Source of the DNA: a bacterium | GTDB lineage: Bacteria; Electryoneota; Electryoneia; Electryoneales; Electryoneaceae | Length of the DNA stretch: 64,000 bases | Assembly: GCA_963675295.2 (NCBI GenBank) | Contig: CAXXKJ010000002.1 | Location: 3,680,001-3,744,000 of the forward strand | Direction of reading: 5' to 3' | Part shown: piece after piece, positions 28,150 to 36,983 of the stretch | How the letters are laid out: each line of letters begins with the position of its first letter | How positions within the stretch are numbered: the stretch's first letter is position 1 | Translations under genes and position numbers: made by a program | Notes under the pieces: model-generated | Seen by the model: the letters and a program-made list of their open reading frames with translations, nothing else | Databases searched by the model: none | What the model was told of the DNA's origin: nothing

Positions 28150-29772
28150 ATGCGTGTTATCCGATATGCCTTGCTTTCTCTCGCGCTGATCGTACTTTTT
28201 TCAGGATGTACGGCGAACAAGCAGTTTGACGAACGGCTGGCTGTTCCGCAGCAGCAGGCGAACGAGATTGACTTCGCGTTGGAAACGGTGGCAAATGCGC
28301 ACCAGGCGCAGAACTACCAGCGCATGGTGGATGTGCTCAAGGATGTTGTCGCGAACGGGTATGTGTATCACCGTGCGGATGAAATCCTGTATTGGATCGG
28401 GGTGGCGCGGGTGAACATGCTGCATGCCGATCAGGCGATGCAGGCGTTTGCCACGCTCCGTGACTACTATCCGTGGATTGAGGGCAAGTACCCGGACCTC
28501 GTTGAATGGGAGGAGTTGGCCCAACGGATGATACGCGATCGACAGGAGGCTGCCAGCGATGCGGACGAGATTATCAATTCGCTGGACGATTCCGCCTGGT
28601 CGGACGACGGTACGCCGCTGGTGTCAAACTCGTTCTTCGATTCCGATCTTCGGATGGTGCTCGCAGATTTAACAGCAGACACAGGTGTCCGCATTATCGC
28701 CGACCCGCAGGTCAGCGGATTTGTGACGGCTGATTTTTACGATGTACCGCTGGAAGAGGTACTGGAGCAAATCCTGCTGCCGAATGGGTTCACTTACCGC
28801 AACATGGGCGACTACTATCTCGTTGGGGATGCATCAACAAGCAGCCCGTCTTTCGCTACGATGTCTGAAACACGTCGATTCCCGCTTCGCTACCTCCGCA
28901 CCAGCCAGCTCGAGGCATTGTTGCCCGACGTCTTCATTGATTATGTCCGTTTTGACCATACCTCGAATACGATTACGATCACCGCCTCGCCGATCATGGT
29001 TGATCGGTTGAGTATCATCCTTGACGAAATCGACGTCCTCCCCACCCAGTTCCTGATCGAGGTGGAAGTGCTCGAGATGAGCAAGGAGCTTGAACGTTCG
29101 CTGGGGCTGAACTGGGATTTTATCGGAACAAAGAGCGATCAGAGCTTTGTCTTTTCGCAGCTGGCGCCGGATTCTCTGGTGGCGTCTCTGCTCGGTGAGG
29201 TCATCGCAACAGGCGAATCAGGACCGGAAGGGTTTACTGTTGACCGTCGCACCGCCATTAACGCGTTGGCGGACAATGGGCTGGTGAAGGTACTGGCCAA
29301 TCCCCGCCTGAGCACGCAACAGGGACAGGCCGCGACAATCCGTGTCGGAAAGGAAGCCTACTTCAACCTGCTGGGTAATTCTGGGACCTATATCACGTCG
29401 AATGCGCTGGAGAAGATCTCCACCGGTGTCACGCTCAGCATTGTCCCGTTCCGCGGAGAAAATGCGCAGATCACCACCGATCTGGATGTGGAAGTCAGTG
29501 ATGTCCTTGATCCTGGAACTGGTGGATTGCCTGTAACCAGCGTACGCCAGGTAACCACACGGTCTACGGTTGCTAATGGCAATACGCTTGGTGTTGGTGG
29601 ATTGTTGCTTGAGAACGACCGGAAGAGCCGAAGCGGAATTCCAGGACTGAGTGAAATTCCTGTTCTTGGGTATCTCTTCGGTCAAACGACGACAGAATCT
29701 GTCACCACCGAGGTGGTTATCCTGATTACACCACATGTTCTCTTGCCGCCAGATTTGTTTCGAGATCTCTGA
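28150..29772 (+). CDS. Secretin (GspD/PilQ family) with N-terminal lipoprotein signal and TPR segment
   Basis: LFSG-C lipobox; TPR (ADEILYWIG...FATLRDYYP); N0-like DSDLRMVLADL...IIADPQVSG; KVLANPRLST, TGVTLSIVP, GIPGLSEIPVLGYLF, EVVILITPHV. Confidence 0.88.
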   Translation: MRVIRYALLSLALIVLFSGCTANKQFDERLAVPQQQANEIDFALETVANAHQAQNYQRMVDVLKDVVANGYVYHRADEILYWIGVARVNMLHADQAMQAFATLRDYYPWIEGKYPDLVEWEELAQRMIRDRQEAASDADEIINSLDDSAWSDDGTPLVSNSFFDSDLRMVLADLTADTGVRIIADPQVSGFVTADFYDVPLEEVLEQILLPNGFTYRNMGDYYLVGDASTSSPSFATMSETRRFPLRYLRTSQLEALLPDVFIDYVRFDHTSNTITITASPIMVDRLSIILDEIDVLPTQFLIEVEVLEMSKELERSLGLNWDFIGTKSDQSFVFSQLAPDSLVASLLGEVIATGESGPEGFTVDRRTAINALADNGLVKVLANPRLSTQQGQAATIRVGKEAYFNLLGNSGTYITSNALEKISTGVTLSIVPFRGENAQITTDLDVEVSDVLDPGTGGLPVTSVRQVTTRSTVANGNTLGVGGLLLENDRKSRSGIPGLSEIPVLGYLFGQTTTESVTTEVVILITPHVLLPPDLFRDL

Positions 29773-29808
29773 TACACACTCGATCTAACAACGCAGCTGC
29801 TACTAATT

Positions 29809-29830
29809 CCATGGGGCACTCATGGGGCAG
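29809..29830. promoter_or_regulatory. Putative integrase arm-type site doublet near right att
   Basis: CCATGGGGCACTCATGGGGCAG, compare CCATGGGGCACTGGTGGGGCAG at 20224. Confidence 0.55.
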
Positions 29831-29945
29831 TGTCCCCAAGAAATCCCCGTAAATCACAATAACATGAGGCAGGAGATAACCGGCTATCTAGCAATTATTC
29901 CTATCGTTAACGCTTGTAGAGTGTTGTGATTGTTGCGCTGGATAG

Positions 29946-30030
29946 GACTGGGGGTCAGGGGGTCGCTGGTTCAAATCCAGTCGCTCCGACACTGGAAAGT
30001 AAGGGGTTAGCAGAAATGCTGATCCCTTTT
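29946..30030 (+). repeat. Right att site: displaced 3' half of tRNA-Pro + terminator
   Basis: 85-bp copy of 20133-20217; tRNA 5' half absent. Confidence 0.93.
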
Positions 30031-30122
30031 TTTCGATTCGGTAGATTGGCAGAAATTTTTTCGCAGAAACAGCGAGCCACAAGGTGTTATACAAATTCTA
30101 TCGGCGCTATGACCTGGAGAAG

Positions 30123-31346
30123 CTACTCTGATCTTAAGGCAGTGATTGGAAATAGCAACGAAGCCCGGCGGGCCGGGTAGATACCTGAGATTAATCCAAG
30201 TGACAGGGATACCAGCAGCGCCAGGGCGAGGTAGTCCAAGGGTACCACAGTGTGCCATTGTGTTGTCAATCCGATGATTAGTGCTCCCGAAACGCCTAAG
30301 GCGACGCCGATCGCTCCCCCTGCGAAGCCTTGAAGCAGGGCTTCAATCAGAAATTGAATCAGTATATCTCTACGTCGCGCACCTACCGCCATCCGTAAAC
30401 CGATTTCGATCTTCCTTTCTCCGACCGCAATCCACATGATCGCCAATATGCCAATCCCTCCAACCAGCAGCGATACAGCAGCGATAGCAGAAATCAGCAG
30501 TGTAAAGGATTCCGACGTGTCTTTTTCGGCTTCGATTGTTGTGAGTTGATTCTGAATGCTGAAATCATCGGGGCGGTCCCTTAGAACCAGTTGGTGGCTT
30601 TCACGCAGTACATGTCGGATCTGTTTTTCGGTGCTGTACATGGCATCTTGATCAGTCGCTTGAACATAGATGGTACTCAGGTGATTCAGGTTGAAAACTC
30701 GGCGTAGTGCTGTGCTTAAGGGAATCAGGATCTGATCGTCTTCATTGGAACCTTCAGCCGTGATTCCCCGAGGCTTCAGGACGCCGATAACCTCGAATGG
30801 GATCCTTTCAATTCGTATGATTTCGCCGATTGCATTCATTGATCCAAATAAATCCGTAGCGACTCCAGCCCCCAGTACGGCCACTCGCCTAGCGGCCTTT
30901 TCTTCGTCATGGGTAAAGAAATCACCGGTAATAATGCTGGCGTTTCGAATCAGCTGGTACTCGGGAGTTGTGCCAAGGACCTTCGTTTGCAATGAACTCC
31001 TTCCATACCGGACTTCCAGTCGTTTGTACTGGGCAGGCGCTACTCGGACCACAGAGGGGCATTTAGCGAGAATCGCCGCACTGTCTGATCGTTTCAGTGT
31101 CACGATCTCAGTGTTTGCAAAACGGCTGTTTCCAAAAACCTGGGTGGGTTCTGCGCTAACCACCAGCAGATTGGTACCCATTTCCCGAATCAAACGCAAG
31201 ACTTCAGATTGTGCACCTTGTCCAATCGAAACCATCACAATTACGGCGCTGACCCCAACAGTTATCCCCGACAGGGCTAACGCGGTTCGGAGCTTATTTG
31301 CAAACAGTGTTCGACGAGTGATCAGGATGTTGCGAACGAACTTCAT
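30123..31346 (-). CDS. MacB-like ABC transporter permease
   Basis: LRTALALSGITVGV, SLLVGGIGILAIM, ERKIEIGLRMAVGA, QFLIEA, GIYPARRAS. Confidence 0.92.
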   Translation of the reverse strand: MKFVRNILITRRTLFANKLRTALALSGITVGVSAVIVMVSIGQGAQSEVLRLIREMGTNLLVVSAEPTQVFGNSRFANTEIVTLKRSDSAAILAKCPSVVRVAPAQYKRLEVRYGRSSLQTKVLGTTPEYQLIRNASIITGDFFTHDEEKAARRVAVLGAGVATDLFGSMNAIGEIIRIERIPFEVIGVLKPRGITAEGSNEDDQILIPLSTALRRVFNLNHLSTIYVQATDQDAMYSTEKQIRHVLRESHQLVLRDRPDDFSIQNQLTTIEAEKDTSESFTLLISAIAAVSLLVGGIGILAIMWIAVGERKIEIGLRMAVGARRRDILIQFLIEALLQGFAGGAIGVALGVSGALIIGLTTQWHTVVPLDYLALALLVSLSLGLISGIYPARRASLLFPITALRSE

Positions 31347-32560
31347 CGCAACGCCTCAACAGGGTTGAGTAAAGCGGCCCTTCTAGCAGGAATCAATCCG
31401 GCGACGACACCGATCAAAGAGGGTACTACCAAGGCAAGCAGAACTGCAATGAACGGAATTTTTACAGGGATCTTCATCATGCCGGCTACCATTTGAACCC
31501 CGCCCAGACCCGCAACCAGTCCGACAACGCCACCAACGAACGCGATCAGCATGGACTCCATCAGAAACTGGAGTAGAATATCCCTGGATCGTGCACCAAC
31601 AGCTTTGCGTAATCCGATTTCGGCCTTTCGTTCACTCACGGAGATCAACATTAAATTGGCCACAACGCTTCCACCCGCCAACAAGGATATTCCAGCCAGA
31701 ATGGGTAGAAACAGATTGAACACTCGCAGTGCTCCTCTGATCATTTCCATGACTTCAATTGGGGTCAGGATCGAGAAATCGTCCGTTTCTCCCTCAGTAA
31801 GATTGTGTCTCGACCTGAGAATGCCCTGGATTTGTTTTTCCACGGATTCCACTTGTCCCGGATCGTGGACCAGCAGTTTCCCAGCGGATATGTAGTCGAC
31901 ATTGAGTACACGGCTCATGGCGGTCGTGATCGGTATATAGATCTCAAGATCGCGGTTCATACCGTGGGGATCAGGGCCCACCAGGTCCAGGACACCAATC
32001 ACCCGGAACGGAATGTTGCTGATTCTGATTTGTTGTCCGAGTGGATCAACATCCGGGAACAACTCATCTACCACTGACTGCCCGATCAGCGCCACTCTGG
32101 CTTTTGTTGCCAGATGCTCGTCATTGAAGAATTCGCCACGGGTGACCCCTCGATTCCATACCTCTTCAGCTCGTGGTGAGTGACCGAGAATCCGAAGCCT
32201 TGCGCTTAGATCTTTGTACTTCACCTCTTGTTCGGGAATCATTTCCATCGGATCCCAGACTGCAATCTCCGGAATCATTTCGGCGAGTGCTTCCAGATCA
32301 GCGATTGTCAGTGATGTAACCTGACTCCCGCTTTCCGGGCGTCCCATCATGCGACTGCCACCCGCACTGATCATGATGGATCTGGCATCAAACACCTTTT
32401 CAATATTGTGCATGACTTTTTCTTGTGTCCCGCGTCCTATTGAAAAGACTACGGTCATAGCCGAGATACCGACCAGGATCCCCAGCAGCATGAAGAAAGT
32501 CCGCACCTTGAAGCGGGCCATCACGCGAAAACCACTTTTTATAACTCGACCGACCTTCAC
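31343..32560 (-). CDS. MacB-like ABC transporter permease
   Basis: RTFFMLLGILVGI, SVSERKAEIGLRKAVGA, QFLMES, PARRAALLNPVEALR. Confidence 0.92.
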   Translation of the reverse strand: MKVGRVIKSGFRVMARFKVRTFFMLLGILVGISAMTVVFSIGRGTQEKVMHNIEKVFDARSIMISAGGSRMMGRPESGSQVTSLTIADLEALAEMIPEIAVWDPMEMIPEQEVKYKDLSARLRILGHSPRAEEVWNRGVTRGEFFNDEHLATKARVALIGQSVVDELFPDVDPLGQQIRISNIPFRVIGVLDLVGPDPHGMNRDLEIYIPITTAMSRVLNVDYISAGKLLVHDPGQVESVEKQIQGILRSRHNLTEGETDDFSILTPIEVMEMIRGALRVFNLFLPILAGISLLAGGSVVANLMLISVSERKAEIGLRKAVGARSRDILLQFLMESMLIAFVGGVVGLVAGLGGVQMVAGMMKIPVKIPFIAVLLALVVPSLIGVVAGLIPARRAALLNPVEALR

Positions 32561-32573
32561 TCGGACCTACCCC

Positions 32574-33299
32574 CTATTCATCCTGCCCGGACAGATCTCG
32601 AAGCATATTCTCCGAATTTCTGGAGACTTCGACCTCATCGTCTGACACAACCCGTCCGTCTGTCAAACGGATGACTCGTTGTGTATGCTGGGCGAGTTGG
32701 AGATCATGAGTTACCAGTATGATCGTCTTACCTTGATCATTCAGCTTCTTGAAAATTGTCATGATTTCCAGACCTGCATGTGTGTCCAGGTTCCCCGTCG
32801 GTTCATCCGCGAGGATAACATCGGGCTCATTGACCAGCGCACGCGCAATTGCGACCCGCTGCTGCTCACCCCCCGATAACTCGCTGGGATGATGGCTCAT
32901 ACGATCCTGTAACCCAACGGCGGTCAGGGCTTGTTGCGCGGCTGACCTCAAGTCACTCCGATCTGAATAAACCAGGGGCAGTTCGACATTCTCGATCGCG
33001 CTTGTGCGTGGTAACAGATGGAACGACTGAAAGACAAATCCAATCTGTTTGTTTCGAATTGATGCCAGTTCATCGACGGTCAATTGGCTGACCAGTTTTC
33101 CGTCAAGTGTGTACGAACCACTTGATGGCTGATCGAGCAGTCCGATGACGTTCATCAGCGTCGACTTCCCCGATCCTGATGGACCAACAATGGCCGTAAA
33201 TTCACCAGCCTGAATCGTCAGGTTCACATTATCCAGAGCGTGAACCTGCTTGTTCGAGCTGGTCTCGTAAATCTTGCAGATATCTTGTAGATGAATCAT
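32574..33299 (-). CDS. ABC transporter ATP-binding protein (LolD/MacB type)
   Basis: [39 protein letters not shown]. Confidence 0.95.
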   Translation of the reverse strand: MIHLQDICKIYETSSNKQVHALDNVNLTIQAGEFTAIVGPSGSGKSTLMNVIGLLDQPSSGSYTLDGKLVSQLTVDELASIRNKQIGFVFQSFHLLPRTSAIENVELPLVYSDRSDLRSAAQQALTAVGLQDRMSHHPSELSGGEQQRVAIARALVNEPDVILADEPTGNLDTHAGLEIMTIFKKLNDQGKTIILVTHDLQLAQHTQRVIRLTDGRVVSDDEVEVSRNSENMLRDLSGQDE

Positions 33300-34354
33300 C
33301 GCTCGAGAATCCAGACCGTATCACCTTCGGAAAGTCCTTCCAGAATCTCAGTGTGGGTTGCATCCCGCCATCCCACACGAACCTGTCTCTCCACCAGTTG
33401 CCCATTTTCTTGAGTATTCACGACATATCGTCCCCGGTCACGCCGCACTGCCTCACGCGACACCGCAAGAGTGTTTTCGTGTGTTTCAAGCTGAATTGTG
33501 ACGTTAGCTGTCATTTCCGGACGTAAGCTTTTGCCTTGCCGGTCTTCAATCTGGATAATCACAACGTAGTTGACAACCGTGTTCTGGATGACGGCATTCG
33601 GATAAATTGCGACGACAGTGCCCTTGAAATCAGTTTCAGGGTAGGTGTCGATCCTAAAGGTCGCTTTCTGGTCCTGGTCAATCCTTCCAATGTCGGTTTC
33701 ATCAACGTAGGCCCATAACTCAAGCTTGTTCAGATTGATGATGGTCACGAATGTTGGTGTGGAAAAACTGGCAGCGACCGTTTCACCTTCCTGCGTTGAA
33801 ACGGTTGCAACTACCCCTGCGATCGGGGCAAGGATTCGGGTGTATGTCAGCTGAGTCTCAACGTAATTGACATCAGCAACCGCCTGTTCCACCCTCAGCT
33901 GGTTTAACCGGTGGTTTTTTTCGGCCTGTTCCAAGTCGTCATCGGAGAGCAGATTCTTTTCTGCCAGTGTCCGTTTCCGATTGATGTTTAGTTCTGAAAA
34001 CTCGAGTTCCGCTCGAGCAATTTCCAACGCGGCTTCAGCTTTAAACAGATTGGCCTGCAATGCATCATCATCGAGCTCAGCGAGCAATTGACCCTGTTCG
34101 ACATAGTCGCCAATGCCCACATAGAGATGCTCGACCATGCCTGAGCTACGTGATCCCACACGTACTTCGGCACCGACCATGGGCTTGATGACTCCGGTCG
34201 CCAGAACAGAGGAACTGATATCTTTGCGTATCACAGTGGAGGAGGTCAGTCCTGGGGAGTTTTCCGAATTCGAATCAGGCAGCAGCTTAACGACAAGGAC
34301 ACCCGCTACTGCGCCAACCACGATGAGTAGCACCGCCAGCATCAGCCGTTTCAC
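33296..34354 (-). CDS. Periplasmic adaptor (MacA/HlyD-type membrane fusion protein)
   Basis: VLATGVIKP, VGDYVEQGQLLAELD, ILAPIAGVV, VDETDIGRI, LRPEMTANV, EILEGLSEGD. Confidence 0.92.
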   Translation of the reverse strand: MKRLMLAVLLIVVGAVAGVLVVKLLPDSNSENSPGLTSSTVIRKDISSSVLATGVIKPMVGAEVRVGSRSSGMVEHLYVGIGDYVEQGQLLAELDDDALQANLFKAEAALEIARAELEFSELNINRKRTLAEKNLLSDDDLEQAEKNHRLNQLRVEQAVADVNYVETQLTYTRILAPIAGVVATVSTQEGETVAASFSTPTFVTIINLNKLELWAYVDETDIGRIDQDQKATFRIDTYPETDFKGTVVAIYPNAVIQNTVVNYVVIIQIEDRQGKSLRPEMTANVTIQLETHENTLAVSREAVRRDRGRYVVNTQENGQLVERQVRVGWRDATHTEILEGLSEGDTVWILER

Positions 34355-34520
34355 CTTACGTACTCCGTAAAATGTAGGAAACGTGCAGAAGCAAGGTACG
34401 ATATTTTCTCAGGCGAATCTGCCTTCTATCCAATCCAATTTGTTGCGCAGAAAAACCTGAAAAACAGAAATCACATATTGAGGGTTGCTGATTTCTGAAT
34501 ATAGTACTAAATTGCATCCC

Positions 34521-35000
34521 ATGACACAGCTGGAACCAGCCTGTTTGATCAACATAGCGCTGGCATTTCTAGCCTTGGCGCTCTACATCTTCGGAAGCCG
34601 ACGATTCTACCTCGACCAGCACCCATTTCGAATGTACCTCATTGCGGCCGTTCTGATAGACGGATTAACCGCAACACTGGCCTCATTCGGCATTACGCCG
34701 ACGACCGAACTACCCTACTCTGATTTTGTGCCGTGGCGCAGTCCATTATTCCTTGCCCATATATTGCTGGCGATGATCGGATTTATTGGCTTCATCATAA
34801 TTATCGTGATGCTGTTGATCAAAGGCGTTCATCGACCCTATAGACGGTTAAGGATATTTCAATACAGAGTCTTGCTGCCCATTTGGGTTGTCGGCGAAGG
34901 CATTGCTCTTACAAACTCATTGACAAAAGTTCTGTTCAAAATTCGAGTCTATGATTATGTCGATTTATTTATCGTTGATCGATTGTTGTTTTTTGTTTGA
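34521..35000 (+). CDS. Hypothetical membrane protein (~4 TM)
   Basis: Four hydrophobic segments; ATG 34521 chosen as start. Confidence 0.55.
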   Translation: MTQLEPACLINIALAFLALALYIFGSRRFYLDQHPFRMYLIAAVLIDGLTATLASFGITPTTELPYSDFVPWRSPLFLAHILLAMIGFIGFIIIIVMLLIKGVHRPYRRLRIFQYRVLLPIWVVGEGIALTNSLTKVLFKIRVYDYVDLFIVDRLLFFV

Positions 35001-35291
35001 TTTTCATTACCCATCGGTTTTCATTTTCTTACCAATCGTTGTTAACTCACAACAAAGAGAGACCAAACGTGTTTGATTCATGGTAGATCAGGGTCGGCCA
35101 CTTCGGACTTTTCTGGGGTTAACAGAGGAACAATCTACACTTCCAGTATTCCGAGTCACTCTCAGCAGCATTGGACTCCATATGCCGCCGGGTCATGGTG
35201 TCAAACGGCGTCTACTTCCCCATTATCACTGAGCATGTGCTATATTTCATCCTCGTAGACGGGTCCAATCCGATTGTCGTTTGAGGTTGAA

Positions 35292-36659
35292 ATGTTGCGT
35301 CGTACCCTGCTTGCACTGCTCGCGCTGGTTTTTGTGGTCCTGATCAATCAGATCCCGGTAAATGCCCAACCTGTGATCGCTCCGAGCCAGTTTTGGTTTA
35401 CGTCCGGCGACGAGGACGTCTACATCCCCTTCGCCGCCAGCAGGAATTTCGTTGATTCCACGGTGACCGACATCGACCGCGCGGTGCTGGTGTTTCACCA
35501 CGGGGAGCGGGACGCGATGGACGTCTACAACATCGTCACCGGCGCGGTCGCGATGTCGTTCGCGGAGGATCGGGTGCTTACCATTGCGCCGCAGTTGCTC
35601 AGCCCGCAGTTGCTGATCGACAACCCGGATCTCGATCCCGGCGCGTTGGCATGGGACGGCGACTGGTTTTACAGCGGCGAGAGCATCAATACTGACCTGC
35701 CGCCAACGCGCTCGTTCGTGCCGATCGAGGAGATGGCGACCGCGGTCGCTGATGCGTGTCCGAACCTGGAAGTGCTGGTCTTCACCGGCCATGCGGGCGG
35801 GGCGAAGCTTGTCGAGCGGCTGGCGTTGATCAGCACCTGGGCCGATGAGTACCCGGACCTGAAGGTGCTGTACCATTTCGGCAACAGCGGCGGGTACGCG
35901 TACCTCAGTGAAGAACGATACGACACCGACGCGCAGCAGTGGCTCACCCCCGCCACCGGCCTCGACACCACCGGCTGCGTCAACTATGACAACTGGCCGT
36001 TCGGTCTCGAGAACTTCGACAATCCGCAGGAGATGATCGACCGCTACGAAAGCCGGCACGTGGCGATGATGATCGCGTTGCAGGACACCTCGATCCGTGG
36101 TGTCACCTGCCAGATGCTGCTGCAGACTCCGGACGAGAGCCGGTTGCAGATGGCCGATCTGTACTGGGAACACACGCAGCACGTGTACGGCGGCGTGCCG
36201 GAAAAGCACATTTACATCCCGCTGCAGGGTGTCGGGCATGTGGTCAGCAACTACTATCGCAACATCAACACCCGCCACATTCTGGTTAATTATCTGCAGA
36301 ACCACATGGCGATCTCGATCGCGGAAGATGATCCGATGATTGTCCCGGCGGAGGGGGGCTCATTCCAGTTTGCCGCCTGGGTGTTTAACGCATCGTACAA
36401 CCCGATCCACGTGGACGCGTGGACCGAGATCATCATGCCCAGCGGCTACCGCATCCGGCCGGTCCACTTCATCACGGTCAACATTCCCGGCGGAGAAGGG
36501 TTGCGTTCGCCGAGCGGCCTCACCGTTGACGTTCCCCCCGGCGCTCCGCCCGGGATCTACACGCACGTCACCAAGTTCGGCAACTATCCAGCCCGTGTGC
36601 TCGCGCAGCACCGCTTCGAGTTCGCGAAAGCCCCGGCGGAATCGGACGCAACCCGGTGA
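35292..36659 (+). CDS. Secreted alpha/beta-hydrolase-fold protein with C-terminal 'IPxxGG' domain
   Basis: Signal peptide; RAVLVFHHG, IAPQ, FTGHAGG elbow, YDNWPFGL, GVGH; C-terminal IVPAEGG...DAWTEIIMPSG...VPPGAPPGIY. Confidence 0.65.
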   Translation: MLRRTLLALLALVFVVLINQIPVNAQPVIAPSQFWFTSGDEDVYIPFAASRNFVDSTVTDIDRAVLVFHHGERDAMDVYNIVTGAVAMSFAEDRVLTIAPQLLSPQLLIDNPDLDPGALAWDGDWFYSGESINTDLPPTRSFVPIEEMATAVADACPNLEVLVFTGHAGGAKLVERLALISTWADEYPDLKVLYHFGNSGGYAYLSEERYDTDAQQWLTPATGLDTTGCVNYDNWPFGLENFDNPQEMIDRYESRHVAMMIALQDTSIRGVTCQMLLQTPDESRLQMADLYWEHTQHVYGGVPEKHIYIPLQGVGHVVSNYYRNINTRHILVNYLQNHMAISIAEDDPMIVPAEGGSFQFAAWVFNASYNPIHVDAWTEIIMPSGYRIRPVHFITVNIPGGEGLRSPSGLTVDVPPGAPPGIYTHVTKFGNYPARVLAQHRFEFAKAPAESDATR

Positions 36660-36746
36660 ATCATCCCAAGTTTTACCCGCCTGCTTGTCCTCTTGGCCAG
36701 GCGGGTGTAGTCGTGTAGCGCGGCATCCCCTGACATCGGGGCCCCA

Positions 36747-36772
36747 TTACCACGGACTTAAGTCCGTGGTAA
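36747..36772. repeat. Perfect 26-bp palindrome (REP-like), followed by degenerate heptamer repeats
   Basis: TTACCACGGACTTAAGTCCGTGGTAA. Confidence 0.7.
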
Positions 36773-36983
36773 GCGGATCTGGTGACCTCAACCCATCGCC
36801 TATCGCCCATAGCCTGCAGTCCGTAGTCAGCCGACCGCAGCCCGTAGTCCGCAGCCCGATAATGTCTCACTTTTTCTCTGGAATCCGGGGATTGAGTCGT
36901 GCTTCGGGAACCACGCCGGGGTATTTTCAGACCCCGGGGTTGACCTTCGGGTTTATCGTGGTTTTCCACCGTCGAGGTTCAAG

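Larger units (their letters stand above)
20133..30030. mobile_element. Genomic island integrated at tRNA-Pro(GGG), probably immobilised
   Basis: Flanking att direct repeats, adjacent integrase remnant, arm-type repeats at both ends. Confidence 0.88.

Noticed and set aside
29946-29991. Second tRNA-Pro gene
   Set aside because: Lacks the 5' acceptor strand and D arm; it is the att duplication
35073-35260. Possible transposase remnant (SDNG on the minus strand)
   Set aside because: Four-residue match interrupted by stops; no inverted repeats or other support
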